From Lytechinus pictus (taxonomy: Eukaryota), in the NCBI RefSeq assembly GCF_037042905.1, contig NC_087249.1:10480001-10544000 (forward strand): a DNA stretch of 64,000 nucleotides, written 5' to 3'. The notes under the pieces are model-generated. The model was not told the DNA's origin and did no database searches. It saw only the letters and a program-made list of their open reading frames with translations. The position numbers and the translations under genes are program-made. Shown piece by piece: positions 38,974 to 52,054 of this stretch; within the stretch, counting starts at the first letter, position 1; every line of letters starts with the position of its first letter.

Positions 38974-39115
38974 TCTGGGCGTTGTGGCGTGCGCCTGTAA
39001 TCCAAGCTATGCGGGGAAGTTACAAATTGATGCAGAGGTTCGAGGTTCGAGGTTCGAGCCCTGGTCACGTCTTTCGGATGGTGACGTTAAAGGTCGGTCC
39101 CAGACGTAAATAATC
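38974..39115 (+). mobile_element. Chimeric SINE-like element: 7SL Alu-domain head, tRNA-like B box and Deu-like core start
   Basis: TCTGGGCGTTGTGGCGTGCGCCTGTAATCCAAGCTA matches the 7SL 5' end at about 28/37 positions (from recalled sequence). GGTTCGAGCCC B box. GTCTTTCGGATGGTGACGTTAAA resembles the Deu-domain start. Confidence 0.7.
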
Positions 39116-40487
39116 ATATCTGATTGATACACGTCTGACAAAAACTCAAATACACACACACACTCGACACACTCGCGCTTGCCACACGCATGCTTGCCAT
39201 CCCCCACACCCACACCCTCACTTGTGAAACAGATTTGATGACATCTAAAAAGAGCCAAGCCTCGTTGGTTGATGTGCTGCACAGGTTACAATGACGGGAA
39301 ATTAAAAATTGGAAAATCTGAAATGAAGATGGAAATAATCTTGCCAATGGATATGCCATTATGAGATGTATGACTGATATCATAGTGATGTGAAACTTGA
39401 CAGTTATTTGCTTATTAACGCTGTTCAACATCCCCATCTAAACATCGCGTATCAAACCTAATGCAAAAACATACATAATATGTCCCAACGTTTACGTGAT
39501 TAAAAAGTAGAAATACAAAAGTAAGGGGAGAATTAAATTCAAATATTTGCAAGTTATTAGTCTGATCCATCTCTAATTTTATATTAATTTGAGGCACATT
39601 TATAAATCTGAAAAACTAACCATAATTACGATATTATTAACTAATTTTTATTATAATAAAACATATATATCATTGAGACGTTCGTTACCTGTTCTATTTC
39701 TTTATCTATTTCGTTTGATACAAATATCACCAATCGCTGTATTTAATGAATAATTCAGTTTCATTAGGTGATGACCCGAGTACCCGGTTTCATTTTCCCA
39801 TTCTTCCTCATCTCCTCGTTTCAATCTTCCTTAAAATAAAAATTACAGAATTAAATAAATATTTTTTTTCAAAGATATATAAAAGTAATCCCCGCATGCT
39901 CTGGCACGAAACTATGGGGCATATTTCGTGTTCTTTCAAAAGTATTTTGAAAGACTGTTCGTCTTACCAAGGCAATTTACTAAGCCAATGTATAACTTAG
40001 GTTGTAGTTCTTGTATTTCTTAAATATAAGTTAAGAATTCGACAACGGTACATTTGATCAGTAATCGAAAACACAGGGTCCACATCTGGAACGCCGGAAC
40101 TAAGTCAACATACTCATTAGACATTAGTGGAACCATATTCGTTACGTCGATTCTTTCGGTTTTTATGCAAAATATCACAATGATAGATATTGACATTGAC
40201 GAGACATGAAAAGTAAATAAACCACTAATATGGCAAACTCTGATGTTAAGAACGAAGGTGATGACATTTTAAAATATCCCGTATGCTCAGACACACGAGT
40301 GATATCTAAACTGAGAGATTCAATGATATGTACATGAACTATTTTTTTCTCATTTTTCTTATATATTTATACTATTTGGGTTATTGTCGAATTGAAAGTG
40401 GGGCCCTTTTGAATGAATCACAATATATCCACATGTTTAACAGATGAATAAACCATCGTTTTCATTGCATGAAGGACAATGTACATT

Positions 40488-40715
40488 CTAAATATATTGG
40501 GTAAAAGTGCTCCATGAGAGTAATTATGTGTCCAACCAACATTGGGCATTTCTTTGGGCATTTTTATTTATCCAGTGTGATGAAAATTTAGCCCATTCTA
40601 AAGTAATTGCTGCTTATTTTTTAACCCTACTGGGCAATATGCTTCCTGCATTGGGTAAAAATTGCCCCAAATGGGTTGGACACATAATTACCGTTGTGGT
40701 GTTTTTTTTTTCAGT
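40488..40715. mobile_element. Palindromic MITE family B (copies at 46375-46627 and 59090-59278)
   Basis: Shared attgggtaaaa..ccatgag.gtaattatgt.tccaacc ... ggttgga.acataattacc sequence. Confidence 0.75.
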
Positions 40716-41392
40716 TTATGATTAGTAATACACAAAAGAAAAAGTCAGAGAATTGCGTTACTAGCTCCCTCATGTGCATACATCATATATTGTTCATTAA
40801 AATGCATTTTTTATATCAAGTGAAACTTTGAAATCTCTCAGATTTTATATTATCTCTGATATTAATGACATTTCCAGCGGTATGCTCTTTTTTAATGTTG
40901 ACAAACTAGTGTTTAGGATATATATATTTTTTTGTTACTTTTAAAGATACATGAAAGTTGTTCCAGTAAACACTTATGTCATTACAATGTCTGTAAAAAC
41001 AAGTTTAATTGTCACCATATAATCCTAGATCTAGATCCGGTACAATTGTATAAACTGAACTTTGTCAAATCCTGAAATTAAAGCTGAAAAAAAGATAACA
41101 CCGAAGATCACATTCACAGTTTAGAATAGGCGGGACGGTGTATTATTATTGATTGGGAAAATACCCGATATTTTGATGAAATGCCATGCTTATTTTGCTT
41201 ACTAGTAATCAATTACAAAATTTTTGCAGACTCATTCGGCACATTTTTTTTTCAATTCATACATACAGACATTTCGGTGGTTAGTTTATTGGATTCTGTA
41301 CAAATTCATTTTCAATTCGTAACAACTGGAATTTAGTCGCAGCTGTTTAACTGATTTTTTTTTAAAATGAAACATTTGCGATATCTGCAAAG

Positions 41393-41812
41393 CAGTGTTT
41401 TTACAGACCCAAGGCAAATTTCCCGAAAGTGATTTAAAAAAATTATTTAAAACTAATAGACATTTCCCGGAATTTTCAAATTTTATTATGTAACAAAAAT
41501 CGGACAATGTCAAAGCGAGCCTAAACTTGGTCAAAGTGACCAAAATAAAGGAATCTAACCTTTTTTGTTGAATGCAAGAAATAAAAACAAAATTACAAAA
41601 TACGAGCGCGGAGCGCGAGCTGAAAATTTTGAGCTATGAGGCAAACAATTCTTTAAATGTATCATGAATATTGAAAGTTGATACGTTTAATTGTGATTTA
41701 AATTTTGTCATTTTCTGAGTTCCCGGAATTTCCTGGATTTTTTTCACTTACCGAAAATTACCTGAAAGTGATCCGGATTTCCCGGAATTTGGGAAATTTC
41801 CTTCAAACACTG
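41393..41812. mobile_element. hAT-type MITE
   Basis: TIR CAGTGTTT / AAACACTG with perfect 8-bp TSD CTGCAAAG and internal ttcccggaa repeats. Confidence 0.85.
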
Positions 41813-43251
41813 CTGCAAAGTCATATTCAAGAACATGCAGCAGTACGAAGATGATGAAGCTCTTATGCGTATAATGGCGTCGACCGGAACTTAGATAGGA
41901 AATAGCGCCATCTTTGGACATAATCATACCAGGCTTTCAAACAGAGGCGATAGATTCCTGGTTAACGTACAAGTGCACTCTCGTTTTAGAAAATTTATAC
42001 TTTGCAATCATTGTCTTTGGTGTTATGAGAACGATGGAAGATTATCAAGAGGAGAAAAGTTTTATAAGACAAAAAAACCAACAAACATAGGGTTTGCCTT
42101 CAGACAGCACACTTATTTATTTTTCTGAATGAAATATTTTCTCTGAAGTCAATAAAGTTTGGAAGATTACTTGTGAACAATACTCTCCTGTCTCTCTATT
42201 ATCTCCTAACTGTTTAATGACTCTCCTTTTAAAATCGATTTATCTATCTATCTACGTTTCTTTCTATCTTCTGTTTATCTTCCTTTCTAAACTTTCGTTT
42301 TATCCTTATTTATTTTACTATCCGTTTTTTTTTCAGCAGCTCTTCTTCTTTCCATGCAAAAAAAAAAATAGAGTGTCTCTGAGTGTCTCGTTCTCTCTTT
42401 GCCCATTCTTCTCCTCTATCCCTGTCTTTCCATGTCCCTGATCCTCCATCGACTGGGCCCAACCTCCTCCCAACGATGCCCGGCTCAGCGGGACCAGATG
42501 GGGAACGGAATCGGGAAATCTTCCGGTCATCCGGCCGTCCAAACACAACCTGAATGAAGCTGCATGGCTCGATGCTTTATAGGAAACGACAGAAGTTGAA
42601 CGCTCGGAAAGTAGAAAAAAAAAGAATTTCGGTCCTCGGGGATTTGGAACGCGCGCGAAGCCAAAAATTGTCATCCGCGAGCATTCTCGTCCATTCTGGT
42701 TGGCATGGTAACTATTATATTCCCCGAATATATACACACGTCGCCTTTTTCTGGATCGGCTCTCACTATCTGCTTTGGAATCTGCAATTTGCTGATAGTT
42801 ATGTGATCCCAAGTGGATTCGCATTAAGGACGAAATGACAACAAAAATTTAGTAGGATATAGGGATTCTGCAGATGCTACAGAAGTTGTAAGTAGATGTT
42901 TGGCATTATTAAAGAAACATAATATTCATACCTTTCTTTTAGTACTTAGGGTAGAATCGATGTTAGGATCAGATATATATATATATGTATATATATATAT
43001 GACAATATTATGACAATATATAAATATGTATTGTTGTCATATTCTATTTGAACATTTTTCAAGAGTCTGTAAAACGAAAGTCACCTACACGTAGTTTGTT
43101 TCTTCCACCTCACACTCTAAAAAGTAAAATGAAAAATAATTCGCAGGGCTAAAGGCAGTCATGGCGTATCTGTATTGTATTAAAGGGTGACTTGAATTAA
43201 GAGAAATCACCAGTCTGTGGAAAATGAGCACGAGGGATTTGTATTGTATTG

Positions 43252-43541
43252 AATAATAATAATAATATAGGTATATTTACCCAGGGTAGCCACTTTAGTT
43301 TCGAAAACTGTTCTCTCAGCGGGCCCTGCTATTATTATTACCCCAGCTTTAGCTGAGCTGCCTAGGCGCTCAAGCATTCAAGGAATTTCTTCCTACCGGG
43401 TACCCATTTACCTCACCTGGGTTGAGTGCAGCACAATGTGGATGAGTTTCTTGCTGAAGGAAATTACGCCATGGCTGGGATTCGAACCCACGACCCTCTG
43501 TTTCAAAGTCACACGACTAATCCACTGGGCCACAACGCTCC
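43252..43541 (-). mobile_element. Full-length tRNA-derived SINE (Nin-type core, LINE-derived 3' stem-loop)
   Basis: Minus strand ggagcgttgtggcccagtggattag (A box), gggttcgaatccc (B box), core ggtacccattta..ctgggt, tail stem cagggtagcc...gggccctg and (TTA)n. Confidence 0.85.
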
Positions 43542-43876
43542 AATGCAAAATTATATGTAGTTATGATTACATATTTCGATGGCAAAACAATGCAATGGTA
43601 AAGAAATTAACCCAAAGATCATGCATTATTGTAAGTAGTGGAAATCTCAATTCTCAAAGCGACAGCTAGAAACGCTGATAGATAATGTCCACTGAGTTCA
43701 AAACCAATAGTATTGGACTCCTTGGGTACAAACTTATTTTGAACATTATTTGGACGGTATTACTGTGAAGGATAAAAATGACTATGGTACGTGTATTAGA
43801 ATGGGAGCGTGGCAGAAGTGTGCCTTCACAGTTTGGGGCTGATGAGAAGTGGGGTTATACAAACTAATTTGTAGGA

Positions 43877-43923
43877 GAGAGAGGGGGGGGGGGGGGCGAC
43901 GTGAAAGAAAAGGAAGGGATACC

Positions 43924-43961
<38 letters not shown>

Positions 43962-44225
43962 AAGATAGGTAGGTAGTCATGTTAGGCCTATATATATAGC
44001 AAGAAAGAATGAAAGAAAGAAAGAAAGAAAGAAAAAAAAAAGAAAAAAAAAAGATAAATATGAACAAAGATAGATCGATAGATACATGTATATATGGATG
44101 GATAGAGATAGATAGATAGATAGAGAGATAGATAGATAGATGAATGGATGGATCAAGAGAGAGAGAGAGGGGGGGGGAGATAATATCACAGATAAATGGA
44201 TAAATAATTAGCTAGATAGATATAA
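43877..44225. repeat. Compound (GA)n/(GAAA)n/(GATA)n microsatellite block
   Basis: Visible simple repeats. Similar (GATA)n blocks at 46050-46270 and 47450-47640. Confidence 0.9.
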
Positions 44226-46374
44226 ACCAACAAAAAAAAAACAGAGAAGGATGAGGTGAAAATGGGGGAAAATAGATTTTATACTGTACAAAGTGCAACA
44301 ACATGAAAAAGCAAATACGACACACGCCTTCGAGAGCAATGGAATAAATTGACAGAACAAAAAAAAGATGATTAAAAAAAATACAGTGGTAACAGAAAAA
44401 AATATCGATTCAGATAGAGAAATATGAAAAGGTAATTAAAATAACTTGAAGATAAAATAAACGGAAAGAGGGAGAGAGAAGATGAAGAAGAATAGGAGCA
44501 TGGTCTAACAGAGAAAGTAGAAGAGGAGCTGCTACACAGATGGAGGAAGAGAGCCTTGTCGCGTGCCACTTGACACTTTTAAAACACAAAACAAAATCTC
44601 TGGAGCTCCCTTTGTAGGAAGCATATTTGTCCAGTGAGTGGAGTCATGCAGGGAGTAACTGTTGTCATTACTAATGGTGTCTTTCTTTCGCTTTCATCTA
44701 TCGTTTATCTTCTCTCTCTCTTAAGTACCTCAAGAGATTCTTCGCAAAAAACCTCCACCGTCGATCCCCCGTGGATGAAGGAAAACGGAAGGCTTTTTCA
44801 TGAAAATTGTCGTCTTACCCCCAGAAGTATTTTACACAAATTCTTCCTATTGAATGCAAAGCTTCTGCTCGTTTTTACTATTCTGTAATGCCCGAACTAG
44901 AATAAACGAACTTATGCTTTGATTCAGATCTTAACATCAGCCTTTCAGACAAAACAAACTTTTTGTTTGATAAGTAAAGTGATTTTTTTTGGGGGAGAGG
45001 GTATTTTTTCATCATAGTCGATGGTAGGTTCTCTGTTAAAGGTGCAATGTTATAATCATGACCTCCTCGTTGAAGTTGAATTACATTCGTCTTATTCAAA
45101 TTTCAGGGGTTCCCTGAAATTGAAGAAAAGAAGATAGCAAACAGTCGTCATGATATTAATTTTCAGATACAAGTTTTGAAAAAAAAGAGAAGATATTTGC
45201 AAAAATCAAATCACTGTATATCCCCTTCATGCCCTTACGGCATAGTTTGCAATATTTGGTTCTAAGCGCCATGAATAAAGTGTATTTAATAAATGAAAAC
45301 TTATTCCAATTGAAGAATTGCTGTTTTTACTCATAATGTCAGTCATTTAGAACGACGGTGGTTAAACAATTTTTTTATTATTGCACAAAGACATGCCAAG
45401 TTATGAAAAAAGAAAATTCACAAATTAGCTGAACCAAATCTTTCTTCAGGTGAATGGGAGTTTCTGCCCGAGACATAATTTTCATGTTCTCATGGCCCTC
45501 GTGCTGGGGGCAGCCATCTTGGGCGCACCAAGGGGTATGGTGTATCGCTACAGGGGGGCTTCTCCACTTTCAGCTTTAAAAAGCAGCTAATTGGACTAAT
45601 TTGATGCAATGCAGACACCTCAGCTCTTGTAGAGTGCCTCCAATATGGTCTTGAGTTACGGCAACAGCATATTTCGGCATTTCTTAATATATTTATTTTC
45701 ATGATGCTCCATGTATTATATTTTCAAATCCACATACCCTATTACCAGTTTGTTATGTTGCAAAGAAATTATTTAATGTAAATTGTAAGGTGTAATTGGT
45801 AATACACCTAGGTTTTTATATTGGTAATGTTTTATAAATCAATAGTTTGTTTCTTTCCAAGATTTTATGTGCAAATTGAATTTTTATCAAAGATATGAAG
45901 GACATTTTCACAATTAAATTAAGGAACGATTGGGATGATCTTTGTTTTAATGAAGAACTTAAAAAGGTATCACATCTGAAGATTGAAAAGAGGAATAGAC
46001 AGATAATGAATTTCTTTGTTTTAAACAATAACAAACTTTGGACAATTATTTATATAGATAGCAATATGAACTAATATACGGAAAGATACATGTACATATA
46101 TAGATTAGATAGCCTAATATATAGAAAGATAGATAGATATATATATATAGATAAAGAGATGGATAGATAGGTAGATAGATATTTAGGTAGATAAAAAGCC
46201 TGTGTAGATCTGAATACATAGAAATATTTATGAATAGGTAGGCAAAATCTACAGGTAGGTAGATAGATATTTTAAAAAAATGATGAATAGATACTCTAAA
46301 TGACATTTAAATCAATTTAGATTAATATATCCACTCTTAGAAAAAAATATTAGGTTGTTACACATTTGAATCTA

Positions 46375-46627
46375 CACTCTTAAAAATATTGGGTAAAAAT
46401 GTTCCATGAGGGTAATTATGTATCCAACCAACATTGGGCATTTCTTTTGGGCATTTTTATTTATCCAGTGTGATGATTTTTTTTTCTCATTCTAGAGTAA
46501 TTGCTGCTTATTTTTTAACCTTACTGGACAATATGCTCCCCGCATTGGGTAAAATACTGACCCTAATTGGTTGGATACATAATTACCCTCGTGCTGGTTA
46601 AAATTTTGCCCAATATTTTTTACAGTG
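46375..46627. mobile_element. Palindromic MITE family B, complete copy (CAC...GTG ends)
   Basis: cactcttaaaaatattggg / cccaatattttttacagtg with TA flanks. Confidence 0.8.
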
Positions 46628-46935
46628 TACCAACTGTTGGTTAAAAGAAAATTGCAGGTCAAACGAATCGAGATTTTTTTTCTGAACCAACACTTTGTAG
46701 ATTCATATGTTAACCAACCCGACAGGTTGGTCAAAACATTTCTGAGAGTATAGCTATAGGCCCATATACACTTTCATGATTATTTTTTTGTTTATAGTTC
46801 AACTAATCATTATCCACAGGCAATTTGGATTTGAAAATCACTGTTATTAAGATGGTAGATGAATTCACGGGTGGATAAATGAGTAGATAGATTGATATAA
46901 TAGGTATAGATAGATAGATAGATATAGTAAACAAA

Positions 46936-47450
46936 TATATCAGGCTTTGAGAAAGTATAGTGGAATTATTTATCCGAGGTTGGTCTGGCAATTACTATTT
47001 TTCCCGAGGGGCGAAGCCCCGAGGGAAATATAGTAGTTTTGCCAGTCCAACCGAGGATTAATAATTCCCACTATGGTTTCGAATGAAACGCCTGATATAT
47101 TTGTTTTATATCCTACTTTTAATAATTTATAACCAAAATCTATGCGCTGAGCATGCAAAGTCCTGTTACTTGCGTTGAATTACCTACTTTTCTCCGAGCC
47201 ACCGCGCTCAGCGGAACGCAGATTAGTGTCTGCGCTGACGCATCGCGCTAGACTTGCGCGCCCGGGAGAGAGAGCGCGCAAGCCGGTGCGCCGAGATATC
47301 CAGTTTTGTGAAATAATGACGTCAGAATATTGGTATATCCAAAAATATATCGAGGTCTGACGTCACGCAACATCATAGTTGAAATATATTCGGTCACATG
47401 ATGCTACTTGAACCAATCACTATACAGGATTTACTCTATGTAGGATATAA
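46936..47450. repeat. Dispersed repeat with ~165-bp hairpin capped by GGGGC-GAA-GCCCC
   Basis: Nested IRs atatatcaggc/gcctgatatat, ggaattatt/aataattcc, ggttgg/ccaacc and ctggcaa/ttgccag. Related to 17270-17840. Confidence 0.65.
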
Positions 47451-48505
47451 AGATAGATAGATAGATGGATATAGATGAAAATATAGATAGATACATAGAT
47501 AGATAGACATATATATAGATAGATAGATAGATGAATATAGATGAAAAGATAGATAGATACATAGATAGAAAGATAAATATAGATGAAAAGATAGATAGGT
47601 AGGTATAGATATATAAAGATACATTGACTGATAAAAAATGGAGGATATATAAATAGAAAGATAGCTGGATTGGGGGAATGATGGATATAGCTAACAGAAG
47701 AGGAAGGGGTAATAACCCACACGCTCTATTGGTAATCTTATCCTGTTTCAGTGAATCCAAAAAAAAGAGGACGCCAGAAAGAAGAGGGGATGGAAGGGCA
47801 TGAGCAGCAATCGAATTCAGAGTCAAGGGAAAAACGTGATTAAGAAAAACGCCCCAGAAGTTGACACAAAGATATAGTAGACCAAGAAATAGACTAAATT
47901 AGAGCATCTCGGGTATAGCTTTAATCATATCACGCGTTCGACAATCAGGGGTGCCTGAAGCCCCCCGAAACCCGACACTTCTCCCCCGTTAAACACGACG
48001 TTGGATTTTGCGCGTAATTAAAATGGATTAATTCTTCAACAGCCAGTCCTAAACCTTGCATCTTGTTTGCTCCTCATAGGCCTAGGTATGCTGAAGTAAC
48101 ATGGCGATCCATGCCAGACATGCTGGAGGAATTGAAGTCATCGATCGCATGCGCATGGAGTTCTCCAATTAATATTTCGGTTGGGTATGAAAATGATATA
48201 TTCATTTCTGCACAACATACATGTAGGTTTATTGCAATGTTTAATGTGAAATGATTTATAAACTAAGAAGTTGGTGAGGTAATATTGTTCATTTAAAACA
48301 CAAAGCCGTTTTTCAAGTTATGATCCACTTTCTACGACAACTTAAGTATGGAGTGCCAAATGTAAACGTTTTCCCAAAGTGCATCAACGGATTAAAGTAG
48401 CAGTATTTCCAAGTGAACTACCCATATCAGTTTGTGTAAAAAGGGAACACAATTTTATTACAACAATTTTCAACGACATGGATGTTAACTTACATGCACC
48501 TTAAC

Positions 48506-48728
48506 ACTCTTAAAAAAGGGTTTAGGGCCAACCCCATATTGGGTAAAATGGGAACATGCATTTTGGTTGGGTAAAAAGATACCAAATATTTTGTAAATTT
48601 TGTTGATGTTGCGTTGAAATTTACCTTTAAACATGCATTTAGCCCAATATGGGGGAAAATACCCAGCCAACATGCATGTTCCTTTCTACCCAATATTTGA
48701 TAAAAATTTTACTCAGTGTTTTTAGAAT
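48506..48728. mobile_element. Palindromic MITE family A, copy 2
   Basis: Closely similar to 30616-30847. Confidence 0.8.
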
Positions 48729-48812
48729 GAAAAGACAACGATATTATTCAAAATTCAGCTGAGGCAATTTGGAATGGCAGCAATTTGCCATATATAAATA
48801 AAGTTATATGTA

Positions 48813-48937
48813 CTGGGGCCCGTTGCAGAAAGAGTTGCGTTTAAAAGCAAGCCAAAAAAATCAATCGCAAGTCCCAAATGCGCGCTGTTGATTGGTTGAA
48901 ATCGATTGATTGCAACTCTTTCTGCAACGGGCCCCAG
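48813..48937. mobile_element. Small Harbinger/PIF-like MITE
   Basis: Perfect IR ctggggcccgttgcagaaagagttgc / gcaactctttctgcaacgggccccag with a CWG-type target. Confidence 0.75.
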
Positions 48938-48973
48938 TTGTGTTTAAAAGTTAGTGAACCCATCACAAAATGC

Positions 48974-50472
48974 CACTGGCGTAAATCCGTGTTGATGGGT
49001 GGGGGGGATGACTGAAATATTTTGGCATTTTTTTGCAATCATGTTTTTAGATATGCAAGGAATTGCCATTGATATGTCCACAGTGGCGTACCGTGGGTCA
49101 CGGCATGGGGGGGGGGGGGGCACCAGCAAAATGTTTGAATCACTGAGTGAGTGCGCTAGTGAGCGCGCTCAGTTGCCAGTTATACTGACCTAATAGAGAC
49201 ATTTTAAGGACAATGTCATTAAACTGATATGTATCTCACTGATCAAATAATGCGAGCGCGAAGCGCGAGCTGAAATTTTTTTATATTCACACCAAAAAAG
49301 GGACATTATAATCAAATTTGTGTAATCATGATAGGTACCTGTCTCGCTAAACAATGCAAGCGCGAAGCGCGAGCTGAAAATTTAGATAATTCAGACCTGA
49401 AGTGGGGCATTCTAAGGTTTTTTTGTAAGAATTAACTAGGACCATACGTATTTCATTAACCAAATGATGCGAGCGCGAAGCGCGAGCTGAAAATTTTTGA
49501 TATTCAGATCAGAAGGGACATTTTAAGGACTGATTTTAGGAATTTATGAAAAGCAGACATATCTCACCAATCCACTAATACGAACGTAATTACGGACAGG
49601 AAATGTTTCATATATACGAAGACATTAACATGGGGCAATCACTTTTTGAGTCGTGAAAAAGAAGCATATGTCACTACATAAAACAATGATAACTCAAGTG
49701 CTAGGAAATATATTTGGTTTATATTGACTTGAAAACGGGATGTTTTAGTACAACAGGATTATATATCACTTTAAACAGACAATGCGAGCACCAGGAACCA
49801 TGAAGACGTAAGCCCTGGGCAAATTATGTTTCATAAAGTTATGATAAATATGTTTCTTATTGAATGTAACATAACATAATTATAATATAATATAACATTA
49901 TTACATTATAATGAATAATATATTTTTCTTTCCCACTACGTTTCTCTTCCTTTCTCCCTCTTTTCTCATTTTCCCCTTTCCCCGTTTTTTTTTTTGGTCA
50001 GCCGATGGGGGGATGTGCCCCCCATGCCCCCCGTAGTTACGCCACTGTATGTCCATATGGCAAATACCCCTCCAATATTATTATCTTTTTTACCCCATGA
50101 TGGTTTAATGGTTTTATTAGAGATTACATTAAAATTTTTTTGACATTCCATCTTAATCCCTTCCCAAAGACACCAACATTGATGAATTGGAAGAAACGGG
50201 GGTTTCTCTTCAATGTTATAATAAGGACATAAGTATTTCGTTTGGAAATGGTGAACTGGCTCTTAATTTGCATTTTATGATTCAATAATATTGTTTTATT
50301 TGTTAAGCGGTATTTTAGGAAGAATTTTCACCAATTAAACAATTATCTCTTGTGATTTTTTTTCATTTCTTTCGTAAAAAGTGGGGGGATATTTGTACAG
50401 GCCATCCCCCCCTCCTCGAAAAGTGGGGGGGGGGGATATATCCCCCCATCCCCCCCGGGATTTACGCCAGTG
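48974..50472. mobile_element. hAT-type composite MITE, copy 2 (inner element 49081-50047)
   Basis: Same TIRs as 20134-21843, own 8-bp TSD CAAAATGC, same inner TSD TATGTCCA. About 210 bp shorter internally. Confidence 0.92.
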
Positions 50473-50765
50473 CAAAATGCACTCCTTCATGCTGAGTGTT
50501 GAATGTAGACAACGACATTACAATGTTCGGCGAGCACAGAGAAACAAACTTTATTGAATGTAACATTTTATCACCTGACTTCACAATTAAATATCTAAAA
50601 CAAGGCAGGACTGAACCCTATTTTAACTTGGCTATTTCAGACCAGGATATTCTGCTGGGAGGGGGGGGGGGGGTCAAATTGACCCCTCGGATCTCGGTCA
50701 CTGATAGCGCAATCGCCACGAAAATTTGCACGCGCGTAGAGCCGGATGTAAACTGCAAGACTGTA

Positions 50766-51553
50766 CAGTGCGTCCCAGAAAAAACGAACCCGAGATTTAG
50801 CGATGATTTATCATAACTTAATCGTAAATAAAATAGACAAATGACCTACCAATGTAAAGCTTAGAATCTCCTCTTTCATCTGGTATTACTTAGATTATTC
50901 CTCATTCACGCATGATTGAGCAAAACAATTCGAAGAAAGGATGCCAAAAACTCATTTGGCGGGGGTTATCTGAATTTCAAAAAGAAAATCACATAACTAA
51001 AAAGTTCAATATCTTTTCTTTGATACCTAAATCACAGAAAATGGTCAAGTAGTAAAGAAGTTATGATCCCTCGAAACAATGCTTGTATTTCCATAATTTC
51101 ATTAAATAAAGTTTCCCACATAAGCTATCGCGCGGTAACAAAAGACTTAATGCATGGCTGATCGTCAACAAAACGGAGTGTCGAGTGAGTTTGAACGCTA
51201 GCCTGTAAAACCTCTTCATTTTATGAAATTATTGAAATTCAAGCCTTGTTTCAAATAACCAGAACTTTGTTAATTCTTGACTATTTTCTGTAATTGAGGT
51301 ATCAAATTAAAGAGCAGATATTGAACTTTTAAAAAATGTGGTTTTCTTTTTAAAACCCAGATACGGCCCGCCAAGTGACTTTTTGGTATCCCCTTTTCAA
51401 ATTGATTTTGCTCACTCAGGCGTGAATGAGATATAATCTAAGTAATTTCAGATGAAAGAGGAGATTCTAAGCTTTAAAATGGTAGGTCATTTGTCTATTG
51501 TATTTGCGATTAAGTTATGATAAATCATCGATAAATCTCGGTTTCGTTTTTTG
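50766..51553. mobile_element. Tc1/mariner-type foldback MITE, copy 2 (right TIR tip deleted)
   Basis: Highly similar to 13900-14718 but lacks the terminal gggacgcact. Confidence 0.88.
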
Positions 51554-52054
51554 TACATTTTCAAAAAAATTAATTGTTTTCAATTTTTGATTAATTAATC
51601 ATGTAAATAAGCGTATGAAATTTGCCCTCAATTTGTTGTTTTTGTGTATGTTTTTTCCCTTTAATTCACTTAATATAACTAGTAGAATGCTTATTTTTTG
51701 GTGAGAGTATCAAGTTTTACATTTCTAACAAATATCGACCAAAAATTGCCAAAATGTAATCAATTTCTTATGTATTCTTTAATTATTATGTATTTATTTG
51801 TTTATTCAAACCTTTATTTCTTATTGTTTTTCCCAATGAACTTTGTTGGGGACCCTTTTGCGATCATAATTATCATAAAACAAACCCATTTAAACTAACA
51901 AAATTAAGAATAATCATTTAGGATTTTTGGTTGAAAAGACACAATTTGCATTGACTTTGTACACGGAATCACGTTTTTGAGCAATTTTTGGTCTGACATG
52001 CGCTTACGAGATGTTGCGTAATTTCAGAATCGCGTACCCGGGGTCGCAAATTTG

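Noticed and set aside
38974..39115. Functional 7SL/SRP RNA gene or human Alu contamination
   Set aside because: Similarity stops after ~45 nt. There is no S domain, no Alu dimer or poly-A, and no T-run terminator at ~300 nt.
42333..42838. 163-aa and 94-aa ORFs (and similar ORFs at 29970-30398, 33480-33866, 55677-56105)
   Set aside because: No recognisable domains or exon structure. Expected by chance in GC-richer islands.
43470..43541. tRNA gene (also 38535-38602)
   Set aside because: A/B boxes are present but there is no complete cloverleaf, and the sequence continues into a SINE core and tail.
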